A stretch of DNA of 63,377 nt, filler included, from Piptocephalis cylindrospora (GCA_003614145.1; 18 parts of 18 records of this genome joined end to end with filler, not necessarily neighbours in it); one strand, 5' to 3'; numbered from the whole stretch's first letter, positions 1 to 13,334 are shown. Notes: generated by a model not told the origin, from the letters alone. A program made the numbers and translations.

Positions 1-21
1 GGGGGGGGGGGGGGGGGGGGG

Positions 22-55
<34 letters not shown>
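1..55. repeat. poly-G run at contig end (homopolymer / likely sequencing artefact)
   Basis: Nearly pure G run at the start of the first contig. Similar G/C runs occur at 38764-38856, 56367-56417 and 56518-56535. Confidence 0.9.
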
Positions 56-56
<1 letters not shown>

Positions 57-206
57 TGGGGGAGATAAGGCAAGGATTGACAAGTCAGTATGTATCATGG
101 GGGGAGCAAGGGTTATATATAGTCCATCTACCCAGGGTCTCGTATAGGGGGCTGGGAAGGGTAATGAGATCACATACAACGCGTTGTCATTATCAAAAAG
201 AATCTC

Positions 207-1693
207 TCAAGGGTCCTTAGGGAGCACCTTTTCTGGTAGACTTAGTCTACATAGTCGTGCCAGTAAGCCAGAGAGCTGAGTGTAGGATCCAACGCCCTCG
301 AGGATGCGCATATGTGTAAAGCCAACCTCCTATCGTCATGAGAAAGTAAGAAGAAGAGAATATACCTGCCCTTTCCAGGACCACTTACCCGGATAAACTT
401 CAACTGTAAGGCCTCATCCATCTTGTCAAGTCCCTTGACAACCTTGAAAATGGTGGATATCAGATCAATGGAGCTGTACCCGAGTCTCCAGAGGCCCTTG
501 AGTTCCTGAAGAGCACCATCCAAATCTGGGACAACGCATGCTTCCATCATGGAACGGACGACGAGGGGGTGGGGCTGATCACACACCCGAAGGACATTGG
601 AAGCGGAGATCAAGCCAAAGCCATAATAAGTGGATTGGAGGGCATTGACGGCAGACCGAAGGTCACCTTCTGCAGTGAAGAGCAGGGCATCCATGCCATC
701 CCCTTCGTAATCGACCCCCTCAGCCTTACAGATCTCCACAAGCCGACGGAGGAGCTGATCATCAGTGAGCTTTTGGTACCGGAGCATGGCGCATCTAGAT
801 TGAATAGGCTCGATAATCTTGGTGGAGAGGTTACAAGCAAGGGCAAAGCGAGTTGTGGAGGAGTATATTTCCATAGTCCTTCTCAAAGCTTGCTGTGCTC
901 CCATGGTCATACTGCAAGGAGATGTGATAAAGAATGAGGATTAAAGGAAAGGAGGGGGAGGTGTAAAGGAAAGCATGCCTACCTATCCGCCTCATCAAGG
1001 ATGATAATCTTGTGCCGACCAGGAGGCAAAGTGACCTTTTTTTGCGCAAACATCTTGATACGGTTCCTTACTACATCGATTCCACTAAGGATGGAGGAAT
1101 ATAATTTAGCATGGGGTCTGAAAGGAATACTAAAGCAAGAAAGGCCCCCACCGTTCATCAGAAGCATTCAACTCTAACACGGCATCCTTATAGACCCCAC
1201 CAAGCATTTCCTTAGCAAGAGCGAGGATACTAGTGGTCTTTCCAATACCCGGAGATCCCTATTATTATGATTATATGCCATACAGTATGGATAGAGCAGT
1301 GAGAGAACTCCAAAATTGAGAGATCTGCTCGCTGCTAGCCGCTAGTCTGTAGGAAGGGCTGGTGAAGCAAAGTTCACTTACACTGAGCAAGAGATTAGGC
1401 ATGTTACCCTGTTGGGCAAAGACCTGGAGCCTTCGAACGGTCTCCTCATTCCCAACAATTTCCGACAGCTTTTCCGGGCGATACTTTTCAATCCTATTGG
1501 TGTTGTTATGGCAAGTGGCAGAAAGAGGACGAGATCAGATGTTGCATATAGGATAGGTTCCAGGAAAGGTTAGGTCGCTTACCCTCGCCCCTGAAGGACG
1601 CACCACCTACCAAGGAGTATCTGGGGAGCTTTTTGTATGAGCACTCGAAGCAGTGGCTGTAGAGGCGGGCTTCCCTTCTGTCTGGCTGGACAT
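207..1693 (-). CDS. RFC4: Replication factor C small subunit (yeast Rfc4 / human RFC2), multi-exon
   Basis: Spliced translation gives PW-IEKYRP...[18 protein letters not shown] (Walker A)...[42 protein letters not shown]...[10 protein letters not shown]...IQSRC...[16 protein letters not shown] introns; ATG at 1693, TGA at 207-209. Confidence 0.95.
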
Positions 1694-2026
1694 GGTTATG
1701 GCGGATGTAATAGGGGGGAGAAGAAGTAGATAAAGGATGAAGCGGAGACGCGTCGCGAAGCCCACACAATATCGCTGTTTTGTCACGAAATGAGAACACG
1801 CGTGCCACCGCGTTTCACCTATTATTATTAATATACTCCATAGTCCCAGGAACGGGCTACTCATGAGACCTACTAATACAGGATTCCATCAACACAAACA
1901 CCAGTCATCATATAAGAATAATCCGCATGAAACCCTTGAGGTTAATCATATACGCATTGCCAGCAGAACTAAAAGGGAAAATGACCCTATCCCCTTTCCC
2001 TCCTCCCCTTCATCCCCTTACCTCAC

Positions 2027-2799
2027 CTAGTGCTGGTATCGACCAGGCATCTTGGACATGACCATCGCATCATGCAAAGGATAAGTCCCATAGCACTTTT
2101 GGGCCAATCGCTCAAACCGTGCCTCTTGATTCCTCGCTTGGATAACCACGACCCCGGTGAGGAAACCAATGACGTAAAAGACGACAAGCCCAAAGATCAA
2201 CGAGTAGATGTTGCGTAGGTAGGAATCGGCGTAGGAGAAGACATAATCTTGACAGCCACCGAGGGTACTGTTGGCAAAACAAGTATCTGATATGGAGGGG
2301 GAGTCCTCAGGACCGGTCCATCCACAGCAGAATTTATCCCCCCGTGCCTCCTGAAAGGCCTTTCTCAGGGAAGGAGACCAGATGGTGCGCCATCGAGTGG
2401 CAAAGTCATCGTGCATGGTCAAGGTAGTGAACCAAACGGACCCACCGAGAATAATAGAGGCCAGGATGATGCCGATGACGAGGCAGCAAAATACGAGAAG
2501 TGAGGTTTTTCTCCGTACTGGATCCAGATGGCCCCAGAGGCCGATGAATGCCGTACCGAGGATTACACCACCGCCCGCGATGAGGCCTATGTAGAACAGA
2601 GGATAAAGTAAGTATGAGTGATGGACCCGATTAGTGCAAGGTACATACTTGTAATATCCGCATCGGATACAACGGCATTCCTACGAGAATCCCGCTGGGC
2701 CGAGAATTTCAGCCCAATAGCCAGAAGGCCTGTTCCCGAGGCGAAAAAGAGAAGAAGGATGACGAGGAACGTTCTTTTAATATTGACGCTGATGGCCAT
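2027..2799 (-). CDS. Tetraspanin (fungal Pls1-like), 2 exons
   Basis: Four hydrophobic segments after removing one short intron near 2588-2649. The large loop carries a CCG motif (KFCCGW) plus two further Cys (SDTC, GGCQ), and the last TM is followed by ARNQEARFERL. Confidence 0.8.
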
Positions 2800-3490
2800 G
2801 ATTCAGGGATGGGAGAACAGGTTGCCTAGTGTAGGAGAAGAATGATGGATAAGATCAAGGGGGATGGATAGAATGGCCAGGGTGATTAATTATTCCTACT
2901 TCTAATGACAAAATGATTATTATTGAAGGGGAAGGAGAGGGGGACAGGAATACGATTCAAGGAAGGAGTAGAGCGCAAAATGTTGATAGGTAGAAGAGGG
3001 AAGTGAAGAGGAGGGGAAGTGAGGAGGAGGAGGGGATGGAGGACAATTCGCACTAGTACAATAAGGCCATGGGACAGGTGAGAGCTATGAAGATAGGAAT
3101 AGGAGATGGAGAGGAAGGGGGTTGGCTCAAAGGGACGAGTCGAGAAAGAGTGGTCAACAAGTACCCAGGCCTACACAAAGGGGACTGGTAAAGAAGAAAT
3201 GTATGTGATATGGGAAAGGAAGGGGAAGGGTTGAGGGCAGGTAGAGCGTGTACACTGGTCATGCCACATTCAGGCCTGTCTTATCAGGGAAGCAAGGTGA
3301 GCTAGGAACAGCTAGAACGAGGGTTGGACGGGCAGGATAGAAGCTGCACAGGAGCATCCTTTGGGAGGGATCGCACTATCCCTGCTCGATTTACCCAGCG
3401 CTTCCCATGTTGCCACCCTTCCACCTCCACTGCCACCTCCTTACCTCCTCTCTCCCTTCCCCCCTGCCCCTGCGACCTGAGTGGATGAGA

Positions 3491-3590
3491 NNNNNNNNNN
3501 NNNNNNNNNNNNNNNNNNNNNNNNNNNNNNNNNNTTAATTAATTAANNNNNNNNNNNNNNNNNNNNNNNNNNNNNNNNNNNNNNNNNNNN
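3491..3590. other. Artificial contig linker N44-TTAATTAATTAA-N44 (first of 17)
   Basis: The same 100-nt linker (stops in all six frames) recurs at 7081, 10543, 14110, 17673, 21236, 24789, 28229, 31776, 35321, 38857, 42388, 45903, 49415, 52921, 56418 and 59902. The intervening contigs are all about 3.3-3.5 kb and mostly decrease in size. Confidence 0.99.
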
Positions 3591-6086
3591 TGTTTACCAA
3601 GCAGATTGAACCGGTTCAACCAGTTAAGGACCCCACCTCTGACATGGCCATTCTGGCCCGTAAGGGCTCAAACTTGGTCCGAGACCGGCGGGAACAACGG
3701 GAACGGATGAAGAATGCGGAAAAGTTTGATCTGGCCGGTACGACCCTGGGACAGGTCATGGGGATTCAAGGGGAGGAGGATGGACAAGGAAAAGAGGCGG
3801 AGGGAGTAGATGCGGAGGAAGTATCGGATTCCAAGTTCCAGACCTCGACCACAAATGGCAATGGAGAGGGGGATTCAGAGGCGTCCTCCATGTTCGCGCA
3901 GAATCTGACACTTCAAGAGCAACGACATTTCCTCCCGGCCTACTCAGTGCGGGATGAGCTTCTGAGTGTAATCCGGGATCATCAAGTGGTGGTGATTGTA
4001 GGGGAGACGGGGTCGGGCAAGACCACACAACTCACACAATATCTCCTGGAGGATGGGTATGGGGCCCACGGGATGATGATCGGATGCACGCAGCCCCGAC
4101 GTGTGGCGGCGATGTCAGTGGCTAAGCGAGTGGCGGAAGAGTCAGGCAGTCGACTTGGGGGTCGGGTTGGGTACGCGATTCGGTTCGAGGATTGCACGAG
4201 CGCGGAGACGCGGATCAAGTATATGACGGATGGTGTGCTCCTTCGGGAATCGCTTCGCGACCGGGATTTGGAGAGGTACAGCTGTTTGGTGATGGATGAG
4301 GCACACGAACGGTCTCTCTCCACAGATGTGCTTCTCGGACTGATGCGTCGCTTGCTGGGCCGACGGCGTGATCTAAAGCTGATAGTAACGTCAGCAACGA
4401 TGAACGCGGCGCGGTTTTGCACGTTCTTTGGCAATTGCCCATCCTTTACGATACCGGGCCGGACATTCCCGGTGGATACAACGTTTTCCAAGGTTCCTAG
4501 CGAGGATTGGGTGGAAAGTGCGGTGAGACAGGTATTACAGATCCATCTGTCCCAGTCGGCTGGGGATATCCTCGTATTCATGACGGGTCAAGAGGACATT
4601 GAGACGACATGCGAAGTACTAGAAGAGAGGGTGGGCCAGCTGGAAGAGGTTCCACCCCTGACTCTCCTGCCCATTTATTCGCAAATGCCGGCGGACTTGC
4701 AAGCCCGGATCTTTCAACGAGATCGAATGGGAGCCCGAAAAGTGATTGTGGCAACGAACATTGCCGAAACATCCCTGACGGTGGATGGAGTGGTCTACGT
4801 GGTGGACCCGGGTCTGGGGAAAATGACAGTATTTAACCCGAGGATCGGGATGGACGCGCTGCAGGTGTTTCCGATCAGTCAGGCGAATGCACGGCAAAGG
4901 TCGGGTCGGGCGGGTCGAACGGGACCAGGAACGTGCTATCGCCTGTACACGGAAGGGGCATATGAGGAGGAGCTGTTTGCCAATACGATTCCGGAGATCC
5001 AAAGGACCAACTTGGCCCATGTTATTCTCCTTCTCAAGTCGCTCGGGGTGGATGACCTTTTGAGTTTTGATTTTATGGACCCGCCCCCACAGGAGAATCT
5101 TCTGCATTCGATGCACCAACTGTGGATCCTAGGGGCGCTGGATGGGGATGGGGACCTGACGCCGCTGGGCCAGGGGATGAATGCTTTCCCGCTGGATCCT
5201 CCACTGGCCAAGATGCTTTTGGTGGCCCGGGAGCTCGGATGTGTGCAGGAGATAGTGGGTATCGTGTCGATGTTGTCAGTGCCGCCGGTATTCTACCGGC
5301 CCCGGGAGAAGATGGAGGAGAGTGATGCGGCACGGGAGAGGTTTTTTGTGGCGGAGAGTGATCATCTGACGCTATTGAATGTACTGAAGCAATGGAAGGC
5401 GCACGGGTTCAGCGAAGGCTGGTGCCGGAAGCATTATCTGCACGGGAAGGTACTTCGACGGGCCAAGGAGGTGGAGCAGCAGCTGGTGGATATTCTACGG
5501 ACAGAGAAGATTCCCCTGGTGTCCTGTGGTCGGGATTGGGATGTGGTAAGGAGGTGCATTGCACAATCGTACTTTCATCATGCGGCACGACAGAAAGGAA
5601 TGGGAGGGGAGTATGTGGGATGTCGGACCGGGATGCCTTGCCATCTGCACCCAACCAGTGCGCTCTTTGGGCTTGGATATACCCCGGCGTACCTAGTGTA
5701 CCATGAGCTTGTGCTGACGCGTAAGGAGTACATGCAGTGTGTGACCTCTGTGGATCCCCGGTGGCTGGCCGAGGCCGGCCCCATGTTCTACACACTCAAG
5801 GAGGCTGGGAAGCAGGTGAAGCGTCTCCCTCAAACCCACGGGGAGGGGGGGGAGGGAGAAACACGGGAGAGGGAGGAGAAGGAGAGGCGACGAGCCAAGG
5901 AGCAGAGAGCGCTTGATCGACAAGGCACAGCACGGTAAGTGATGGAAGATGGGAGATGAGAGATGGATAAGGATATGAGATACTGATGTGACAAGCATGG
6001 ATAGATCAAGGATGGCCACGCCAGGGGCTCGTGGACATGGTCGATCCACGCCCAGAAGACGAGAGAGGGGTTTTGGCTTTTTATAG
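3591..6086 (+). CDS. PRP16: DEAH-box splicing helicase Prp16/DHX38 (5'-truncated by contig edge)
   Basis: [42 protein letters not shown] and HA2/OB regions. A final intron (gtaagt at ~5935) leads to the Prp16-typical tail ...MATPG...[12 protein letters not shown] (TAG 6084-6086). Confidence 0.95.
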
Positions 6087-6205
6087 ATGGATGAGATCAG
6101 GAACCAAAAGAAAGGATGTATATTGCTTTGCTTGAGTGCCGAGGATCTTGTGTCTCTTTGTGTGAGTGTGTGCGTATTCATGGAAAAGGAAAGCAGATGA
6201 GTGAG

Positions 6206-6959
6206 TTAAAAGTGGATGCTGGACCCACCGCCTGGGGGCCGAAGAACTCTCTGGGGGGGGGGGGGGGGATGGGGGGGGTGATCGTTTGACTGTCGCAAAG
6301 ACTACACTTCACCGGCTGGAGGACCGTGCAGCCTCGGGAGCTCCGTCGGTGCCCATGTGGATCTGACTTTGGTTGGCGTCGGCCCGAACGGCTCCCTTGC
6401 CGTGCCTTGTCTGGGCGGAGGAAGGGGAGACGGGAGCAGATTTCTGGTCCTGGGATGAGCTCTGGCCCATGACAATTTGAGAGGGGCCGCCAGTACCGCC
6501 GGGCTTCAGGACCCTGGAGGAGGTATGAACCTGAGCTGTGTAGGTATGAGGGTGAGGAAAGAATGGGGAAAGAGGAAAGGGGAGCGATAACAAGAATGAT
6601 CCTACCATTAGAGGCAACAGGGACCTCCTGAACCACTGGGGCAATGGGTTCTTGGTCGGTGGAGTCGATAGGGAATATTTGGGAGGGACCGCCGGTGCCA
6701 CCGGGATGGTTTACACGAGAAGAGGAGCGAAAGTCGTTTGTGCTAGTCCCGGTAGCCTCAGAGGCGGCGGCAGTGGTGGTGGTGGTGGTGGTAGCAGCGG
6801 AGGTCTTTGACTTTGGGGCGCTGGAAGAAGCCGAAGACATATCGTCCCCAAAAACAATACTAGAGTTGGCTGAAGGAAGGATGGTGAGGACGGTTGGTAT
6901 GAAGAAATGGCTACGAAAGGGGGCCGATGAGATATGGGCTTACCTGTTTTAGAGCTCAT
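6206..6959 (-). CDS. Jupiter/HN1/SPIRAL1-like PGG-motif protein (putative microtubule-associated), 4 exons
   Basis: Splicing MSSKT^ANSSIVFGDD... gives two repeats, SSRVNHPGGTGGPSQI and SSRVLKPGGTGGPSQI, and a short last exon encoding RVLRPPGGGSSIHF* (stop 6206-6208). The last splice junction is weak. Confidence 0.6.
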
Positions 6960-7219
6960 GGTGGATGGGGGTGAGTAATAAAGCCCCTCTCTTTCCCCGA
7001 GTGTGTATAGATGTGTGCGTGGAGGTAAGAGTCTCTTATCCTATTTCCTCTTCTCTTCTCTTTCCTTTCCCTTTTCCTTTNNNNNNNNNNNNNNNNNNNN
7101 NNNNNNNNNNNNNNNNNNNNNNNNTTAATTAATTAANNNNNNNNNNNNNNNNNNNNNNNNNNNNNNNNNNNNNNNNNNNNAGCCATCATTACATCCCTCT
7201 CACTCCCATTCTTAGTCGT

Positions 7220-8832
7220 ATGGGTACGTCAGCCTTGGTGGAAGAGGTGGCGTCTAGTCCAAGAGAGGATGAGAGATCTCTCATGCTGAAAAATCTTGGT
7301 GAGTTGACCTAATTTTCTGGCTTCTATCCATACGAATTGGCCTGCTCATTCTTCGTGTATAGACCCGTCTGATCCATACACGCATTCGGGTACGAGTGGA
7401 CGGAATTGGGACGAGGAGGCCCAGGCCAGCAAACGTCAATTACTTCGTGTTATGAGCCTATGTGGATTCTTTTTCCTTCTAGAGCTGGCTGGGGGTTACC
7501 TTTCGGGATCATTGGCCATTTTTAGTGACTCCTTTCACCTTCTCTCGGGTACGAATGAGAGAGAGAGAGAGATGTGACGAAAAGGAAAAATACTCACTAA
7601 CACTTTTACTTATATACTGCAGACATTATTGGGTTCTTCATCTCCTTTATGGCCATTCATGTTTCCCAGTGGGCTGCGACGAAAAGTAAGAGAAAATCAT
7701 GTTCCTGGAATCATTTCACCCTATTTATCCCTCCCATCCCCTCTTCCAGCTTACACCTTCGGGTACCATAGAGCAGAAGTAGTGGGAGTGCTCTTTTCCA
7801 TCTTCCTTCTCTGGCTCCTGACGGCCTTGCTGGTCCGGGAGGCATGGGATAGACTGTGGAATCCTAGAGTGGTGGATGGGATGACCATGCTGGTCATCGC
7901 CTCTCTGGGCCTTGGGGTCAATCTAATCCTCGCTCTCTTTCTTCATCCTCCTCATCATCACCATCATCATCATCATCACTCTGCTGAAGAGGGCGATCAT
8001 GAGCAAGGGCCCTCTCTCGAGGAAGGAACGGCACATGCCCATAGCATGAATATCAACGTCAAGGCCGCCCTCATCCACGTCATTGGAGATCTCTGCTTCT
8101 CTCTAGGCATCCTTATCTCTTCGATTGTCATTGTGGTGGATCCGACCAAAACTTTTATTGATCCTTTGTGTACCTTTATCTTTTCCGCGATTGTCATTGC
8201 CACTACCATTGGGCTTGTCCGGGACGCTGTGCATGTTCTCATGGAGGGTAAGAATGTGTAGCATAAGAGAGAAGTAGAGAGAGAGAGATAGAGAGTGAAG
8301 TAATGTATGACACAGACTGACCTCTCCCTCCTCTCATCTAGCATCACCCAGAGGGATGAACGTATCCATGGTGGAAGAGGCCATGGGCAAGGTTTCTGGT
8401 GTGATCGGGATTCACTCGTTGCACATTTGGTCCTTAACTATGAACAAGGTACGTGTCAAGTAGAGGAAAAAAACAAGGATGGCTCAATAATCATCCCCCC
8501 CCCCTCCCTCCCTTCTCATATAAAACTAGGCTGCCTTGATGGCTCACGTTGAAGCCCAGGGGGGAGAAGGGGGAGACAGGATCCTCTCGGAAATGTCCGA
8601 CCTTTTAGATGTTCAGTTTGGCATCCGTCATGTTACGCTCCAGCTTGAGTGGATTCCTTCCTCGGAGGATCAAGAAGATGGGGATGGGATGGCCTCCGAG
8701 CCTACCATGGTATCTACAGATGAGATAACTTCCGAATCAACCTTAGTTGTTTCTCAAGATGAAGACAAAGAAATGCACAGGCATCGGTCCGGAAGATGTC
8801 GACAAGCTTCCTGGCTCAAGCCCTTCCCCTAG
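7220..8832 (+). CDS. Cation diffusion facilitator (ZnT/SLC30-type zinc transporter), multi-exon
   Basis: GSLAIFSDSFHLLSD, YTFGYHRAEVVG, poly-His loop, NINVKAALIHVIGD, DPLCTF, VLMEG, LHIWSLT, HVTLQLE. Confidence 0.92.
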
Positions 8833-9017
8833 ATGTGTAAGTTCCCTTCCTTACAATCCTTCTTAAATCTTTTCCGCGCCCACAGAATGTGTATAGTATT
8901 TTCTCGTGAATAAATTGAAATGGTTTCATAAAGTGGATTTGAAGTGTATATGATAACATGGAGAAATTGATCGCAAGGGATGGTGGCTATGAGAATAAGA
9001 GAGGGAGCACAAAGCGG

Positions 9018-9776
9018 TCATAGCTTGGCATAGCCTACTCCACCGGTGTTGAGCCGGTCCGCAGCATCCCTCCACATTTCTTCCTTGAGCATCCCGTACA
9101 CCCGACCAGCCCGGGCCTTGGGTGCATAGGAGGAGGCAAGGTCTAGGGCTCGACCAAGGATATCACTCTCAGGGGCAATAGCATCGACAAGACCAAGCTC
9201 CAGAGATTCAGTGGCATTGAACCGACGAGCATGGAGGAGGGAGTCACGGAGGGCAGCAGGGTTGGGGAATTTTGCGCGGAGAACAGCGGCCATACCGGGG
9301 CTCAGGGGCCCTGGAAGATCGACTTCGTTCATGCACAGGAAGCCTCGGTCGGACCGCATGACACGATAGTCATGGGCAGCGGCCAGGAGGAAACCACCGG
9401 CAAAGGCATGACCATTAATGGCCGCAATGGTGGGAATGGGCAGGGGGAGAAGGCGCCGAAGGATGGGATGATACAAGTCGGGGAGGAATTGGTTGATGAT
9501 AGGAGGGACTTCGAGGACATCCAGGCCATTGGAGTAAAATTTACCCTCTCCCACGGTTACCAGGGCCAAGGGATGAGGACCGGCCTTGTAGGAGGAGCGG
9601 GCAATCCTATCCACCTCATCCAGAGCTTCGTGAAAAGCATTGCAAAAGGCTGTATTGAATCGATTTTCCCCGGCGTGCATAGTCAAAAGAAGGACCGTGC
9701 CCTCCTTGACGGCTTGCAGGCTCAGGAGGCATTTGTCCTTGGGGGCTGAGGAAGGAAAGTGTGATGTATTGACCAT
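9018..9776 (-). CDS. Enoyl-CoA hydratase/delta-isomerase (crotonase fold), peroxisomal
   Basis: ENRFN, GKFYSNGLD, PTIAAINGHAFAGG, DRGFLCMNEVDL. C-terminal AKL is a PTS1-type signal. The likely start is the ATG at 9776. Confidence 0.9.
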   Translation of the reverse strand: MVNTSHFPSSAPKDKCLLSLQAVKEGTVLLLTMHAGENRFNTAFCNAFHEALDEVDRIARSSYKAGPHPLALVTVGEGKFYSNGLDVLEVPPIINQFLPDLYHPILRRLLPLPIPTIAAINGHAFAGGFLLAAAHDYRVMRSDRGFLCMNEVDLPGPLSPGMAAVLRAKFPNPAALRDSLLHARRFNATESLELGLVDAIAPESDILGRALDLASSYAPKARAGRVYGMLKEEMWRDAADRLNTGGVGYAKL

Positions 9777-10642
9777 GGAGGGAGGAGTTGTGGGAAAGAA
9801 AGAGATATTGAGGGGAAAAAGGGGGAGGGTACGTGGATCGGAGGAAATGAGCCAGACTTTATACATGTACAAGGGTGTACAAAGGCACTGACGCGTTGGT
9901 CATGATCCCGCTTGGATTGATGAGGCGGTGGTCGGAAGCTGATGATGCCGGATGGGGAAGGCGGGGGGGAGTTGGATACCATTCACATGCTTGATGCGTC
10001 GTCTGTTTCCCATGAGCTAGAGCGTGCAAGTCTCACATTCTAAACACATTTTTTTGTGCCATTATAATGAAGCATATCGGACACTACAAAGACTATCGCT
10101 GCTTACTACTACTACAAAGATCTTTACCCCATGAAACTACGGAATACGCATTAACTAGGGGAAGAGACATTTTGGGCTTATTAGAAAAAGCTTATTGTGG
10201 CTGAGAGAAAGATTGGTTAATGCGTAAGAAAGAATATTTTCACATGCTTCTGGGGGAATACGGGGTGCCTTTGTATCGGTGGTAATAGTGATAGTAGTAG
10301 TAAACAGCGAAATAACATGCATTATGTGAAGTCTTGAAAAATGCAATGTGATTAGACACTAGAAGAGGCGGGCAAGAGATGGACGAGGCGAATGGGGATG
10401 GAAACGGAAATTACCATCCTACTCGTCCACCTTGTTGCTGAATAATTTATTGTCTTATGGAGAAAAACGTCCAAGGGACAGTCAGGGGGCGGGGGCAGGA
10501 GCTTTAGGCCATGAACGGCAGGGCGGGGGGGGGTAGAAAGGCNNNNNNNNNNNNNNNNNNNNNNNNNNNNNNNNNNNNNNNNNNNNTTAATTAATTAANN
10601 NNNNNNNNNNNNNNNNNNNNNNNNNNNNNNNNNNNNNNNNNN

Positions 10643-12691
10643 ACAAATGCACTAGCCCCGCTGATCAGAGAGCATGTGTATGGAAGAAGAACCTTCTCAA
10701 ACACCCTTTGAATAATCCCCGAGGATGCCTCCCCCTCTCCGCCCTCTGCTTCCATATGACAGAGTGTATTCATCCAATGGGTATCCAGCACCTGGGTCAT
10801 ATCCTACAGTATTCAGGGAGAAAAGAAAGTAACTGTCAGTACGTGCCCAAGAGACATTCCTTTCCCCCTCCACGAAAATATCGACGGACATGAATATGCG
10901 TCATGCCAAGACACTCCCATCGAGCGTAGAATCCAGCAAGCTGAGCAAAGCTCACGCCGGCATAAGCATTTCCGTAGTCCTCGGGATGGGTCTGATGCCA
11001 TCTTTCAAACCGTTCGAGCGCCCCAGCGTAGCTAAAATCATCCTTAACATCATCAAAGAGCATAGACCTACGATTGGAGAGGTCATCTGGAAAGGGTCGA
11101 AAGAAGGGTAAGCCTCCCGAGATCAGATCCACCCATTTGTATATGCCGTACCCACTCACCTAGATGAGTCGATGTTTCCAAAGGTTTCTCCACCGCATCT
11201 AGTACATCCTCATCCATCAACCTCCCATCTTCCTGCACTGCTCGCTCCCAAGCCAGATTGGCCACATCCTGATCTGCTCGCGCCCCTTGTCCCTCCATGG
11301 CCTTTTGCAATTCCTCTTCCAAGGAAGCAAACTTGGGAATCTACACAGAGAAAGGGTTGTTAGGGAGCAAATATCATCGACACATCTTGATCTCACTCAC
11401 CTTGGACTCCATCATGGCAACGGTATCATTCACCCAATCCAGGGTCTCCTGATAAAAGAGATACCGGGTGTATGTCTGTGTAGCCTCCTCATTCAGCGCC
11501 GTCTGTTGAGCCGGAAGGGAGGAGGCCATCTGCTGGTGTTTTCCCAAAGACTCCTCTGTCGTCTCAATCGATTCTTTGAGTTCCATACATGCCCGATCCA
11601 AGGTCGAAGTAAAGTCGGGAAAGGAAATCAGAGGGGTGATCTGAGGGGTGGGTGGAGGAGGAGATCTGGAAATACTGGGCTCCTGGCTGATTAGATTATC
11701 CAGCCCTATTTGATAGGCAAGGATGATGAGTGAAAGCAGAGGTTACCTGCCTAGAGAAAGATCACTTACCCTCTTTACTCATCATACCCCCTTGTCTAAT
11801 CACGTCACTCTCCCATCTAGCCAACTCTTCATGATCCGAACCCTCTCCATCTTCTCCCACATCAACCATGATTTGATCGGGCGCTTCCTGGGTATAGGTA
11901 TCCTCAAGATCCTCCAATTCACCCATGACACTCAGTTTTGAAGAGGGTGTGGGAGCCGGTCCCGGTGAAATATCAGAGGTATCCTGGACTTGCCGCTCCT
12001 CCGTGTCTCCGTACATACTCTTCAAAGCTTCCCGAACTTGATCCCTACGGTCATCCACGCGGTCCAAAGTCGACGGTGAGGGAGACGATGTATCCGAGCT
12101 TTGAAGGGCCGAGGGGAGGTGATCCATAGCTGCGCTGAAAGAAATTCTCTTTCCCATCGTCCTACCCATCGGACGTGCTGATTGTTTTGAGGAGGCCCCA
12201 GAGGATAAAGAGATATAATCCGCGGCCACACCTTGTCGTTGGGCGCGTCGACGCTTACGAGCCTCTGTGATCATTGCCCTTTCCTCTTTAGTCAAACCTC
12301 CTTCCCCGTCCTCCTCTTCTTCCTCTTCTACAGCTTGAGATTGATTCGAGGTTATGGGAGCGGTATCTCCATAGGTTACTTCTCCAGGCTCCTCCCACGA
12401 ATTTGATACCTCCCTGATCGGGCCAGGAGGGACTTCAGCACCCTTCCCCATTACATCCTCCTCGGGCCGAGATCTTCGAGAGGAGAAGGCCATGGTCTTT
12501 GCCTTTCGGCCTATCCTATCTCGAAAGGCCGTCCTAGCCTGGGTAGACTCAAGGTCTGTCATGGTCTCACCCTCCTCGAGCGTGGAGGCTAATCCAGGCG
12601 GATCCGTTACTTCCTCCGTATCAAAGCTCTGTTCATCCTCATCGTGAAAAGAAAGCATAGACTTTCGGTATTGTTTCTTCCTGGACTTCAT
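10643..12691 (-). CDS. GCFC2/PAXBP1/Ntr2-like spliceosome-disassembly factor (3'-truncated), multi-exon
   Basis: LSFHDEDE, DYISL, LARWESDVIRQG, a coiled coil, then LFDDVKDDFS...ERFERWHQTHPEDYGNAY...YARWE and IIQRVFEKVLLP (GCFC-like region). GT-AG introns keep frame. Confidence 0.75.
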
Positions 12692-13334
12692 CTCTACTTG
12701 TGGAGGGGATGGTTAGCTAAAGAAGGGGAGAGGGGGGGAAGAGGAGAAATGGGATGGGTAACGAAGAAGAGCTATGCTGGTTAGAACCCAAACCACGGGT
12801 CCCTCGTGCCTGTGCATCCATCATCCCTACATGTCATCATTGAATGCTTGTGTCGGCCCTCATACTTTGAGCTGATGGATAATCGCCATCGCCATATGTC
12901 CATAATTATCACCACCAATACAACCAAAAGCATGCATGAAATGGCTAGATGATGATTACTGTTAAACAAGATTAGTAACAAATATAATCCCTATGAAGAT
13001 AGTAAATGAACTCTTGATCCATCCACAATGATGAATACATCCATAGTTCCCTTCCTCAATAAAAAAAAAACCATTGTCCTCGTAGTACATCAACATTTTC
13101 TGATCTAAAGCCAAAAAAATCACTTGGACAGGACAAACACATGTATTTCCTCTCCAACTCCAGTGGGTAGAAGCAGGTGGTGTTGCTACCCCACAAGGAC
13201 GAGAAGCAAAGTTCACATCCTTCTCGGGAACCCAACAGCTCCATGATCTCGATCCACTGGGAATCCACGAAAGGAAATGCGGGTGTTGACGCAAAAATGA
13301 AGGATGATTGTGGATGGGCGATGGCGCGTACGGC

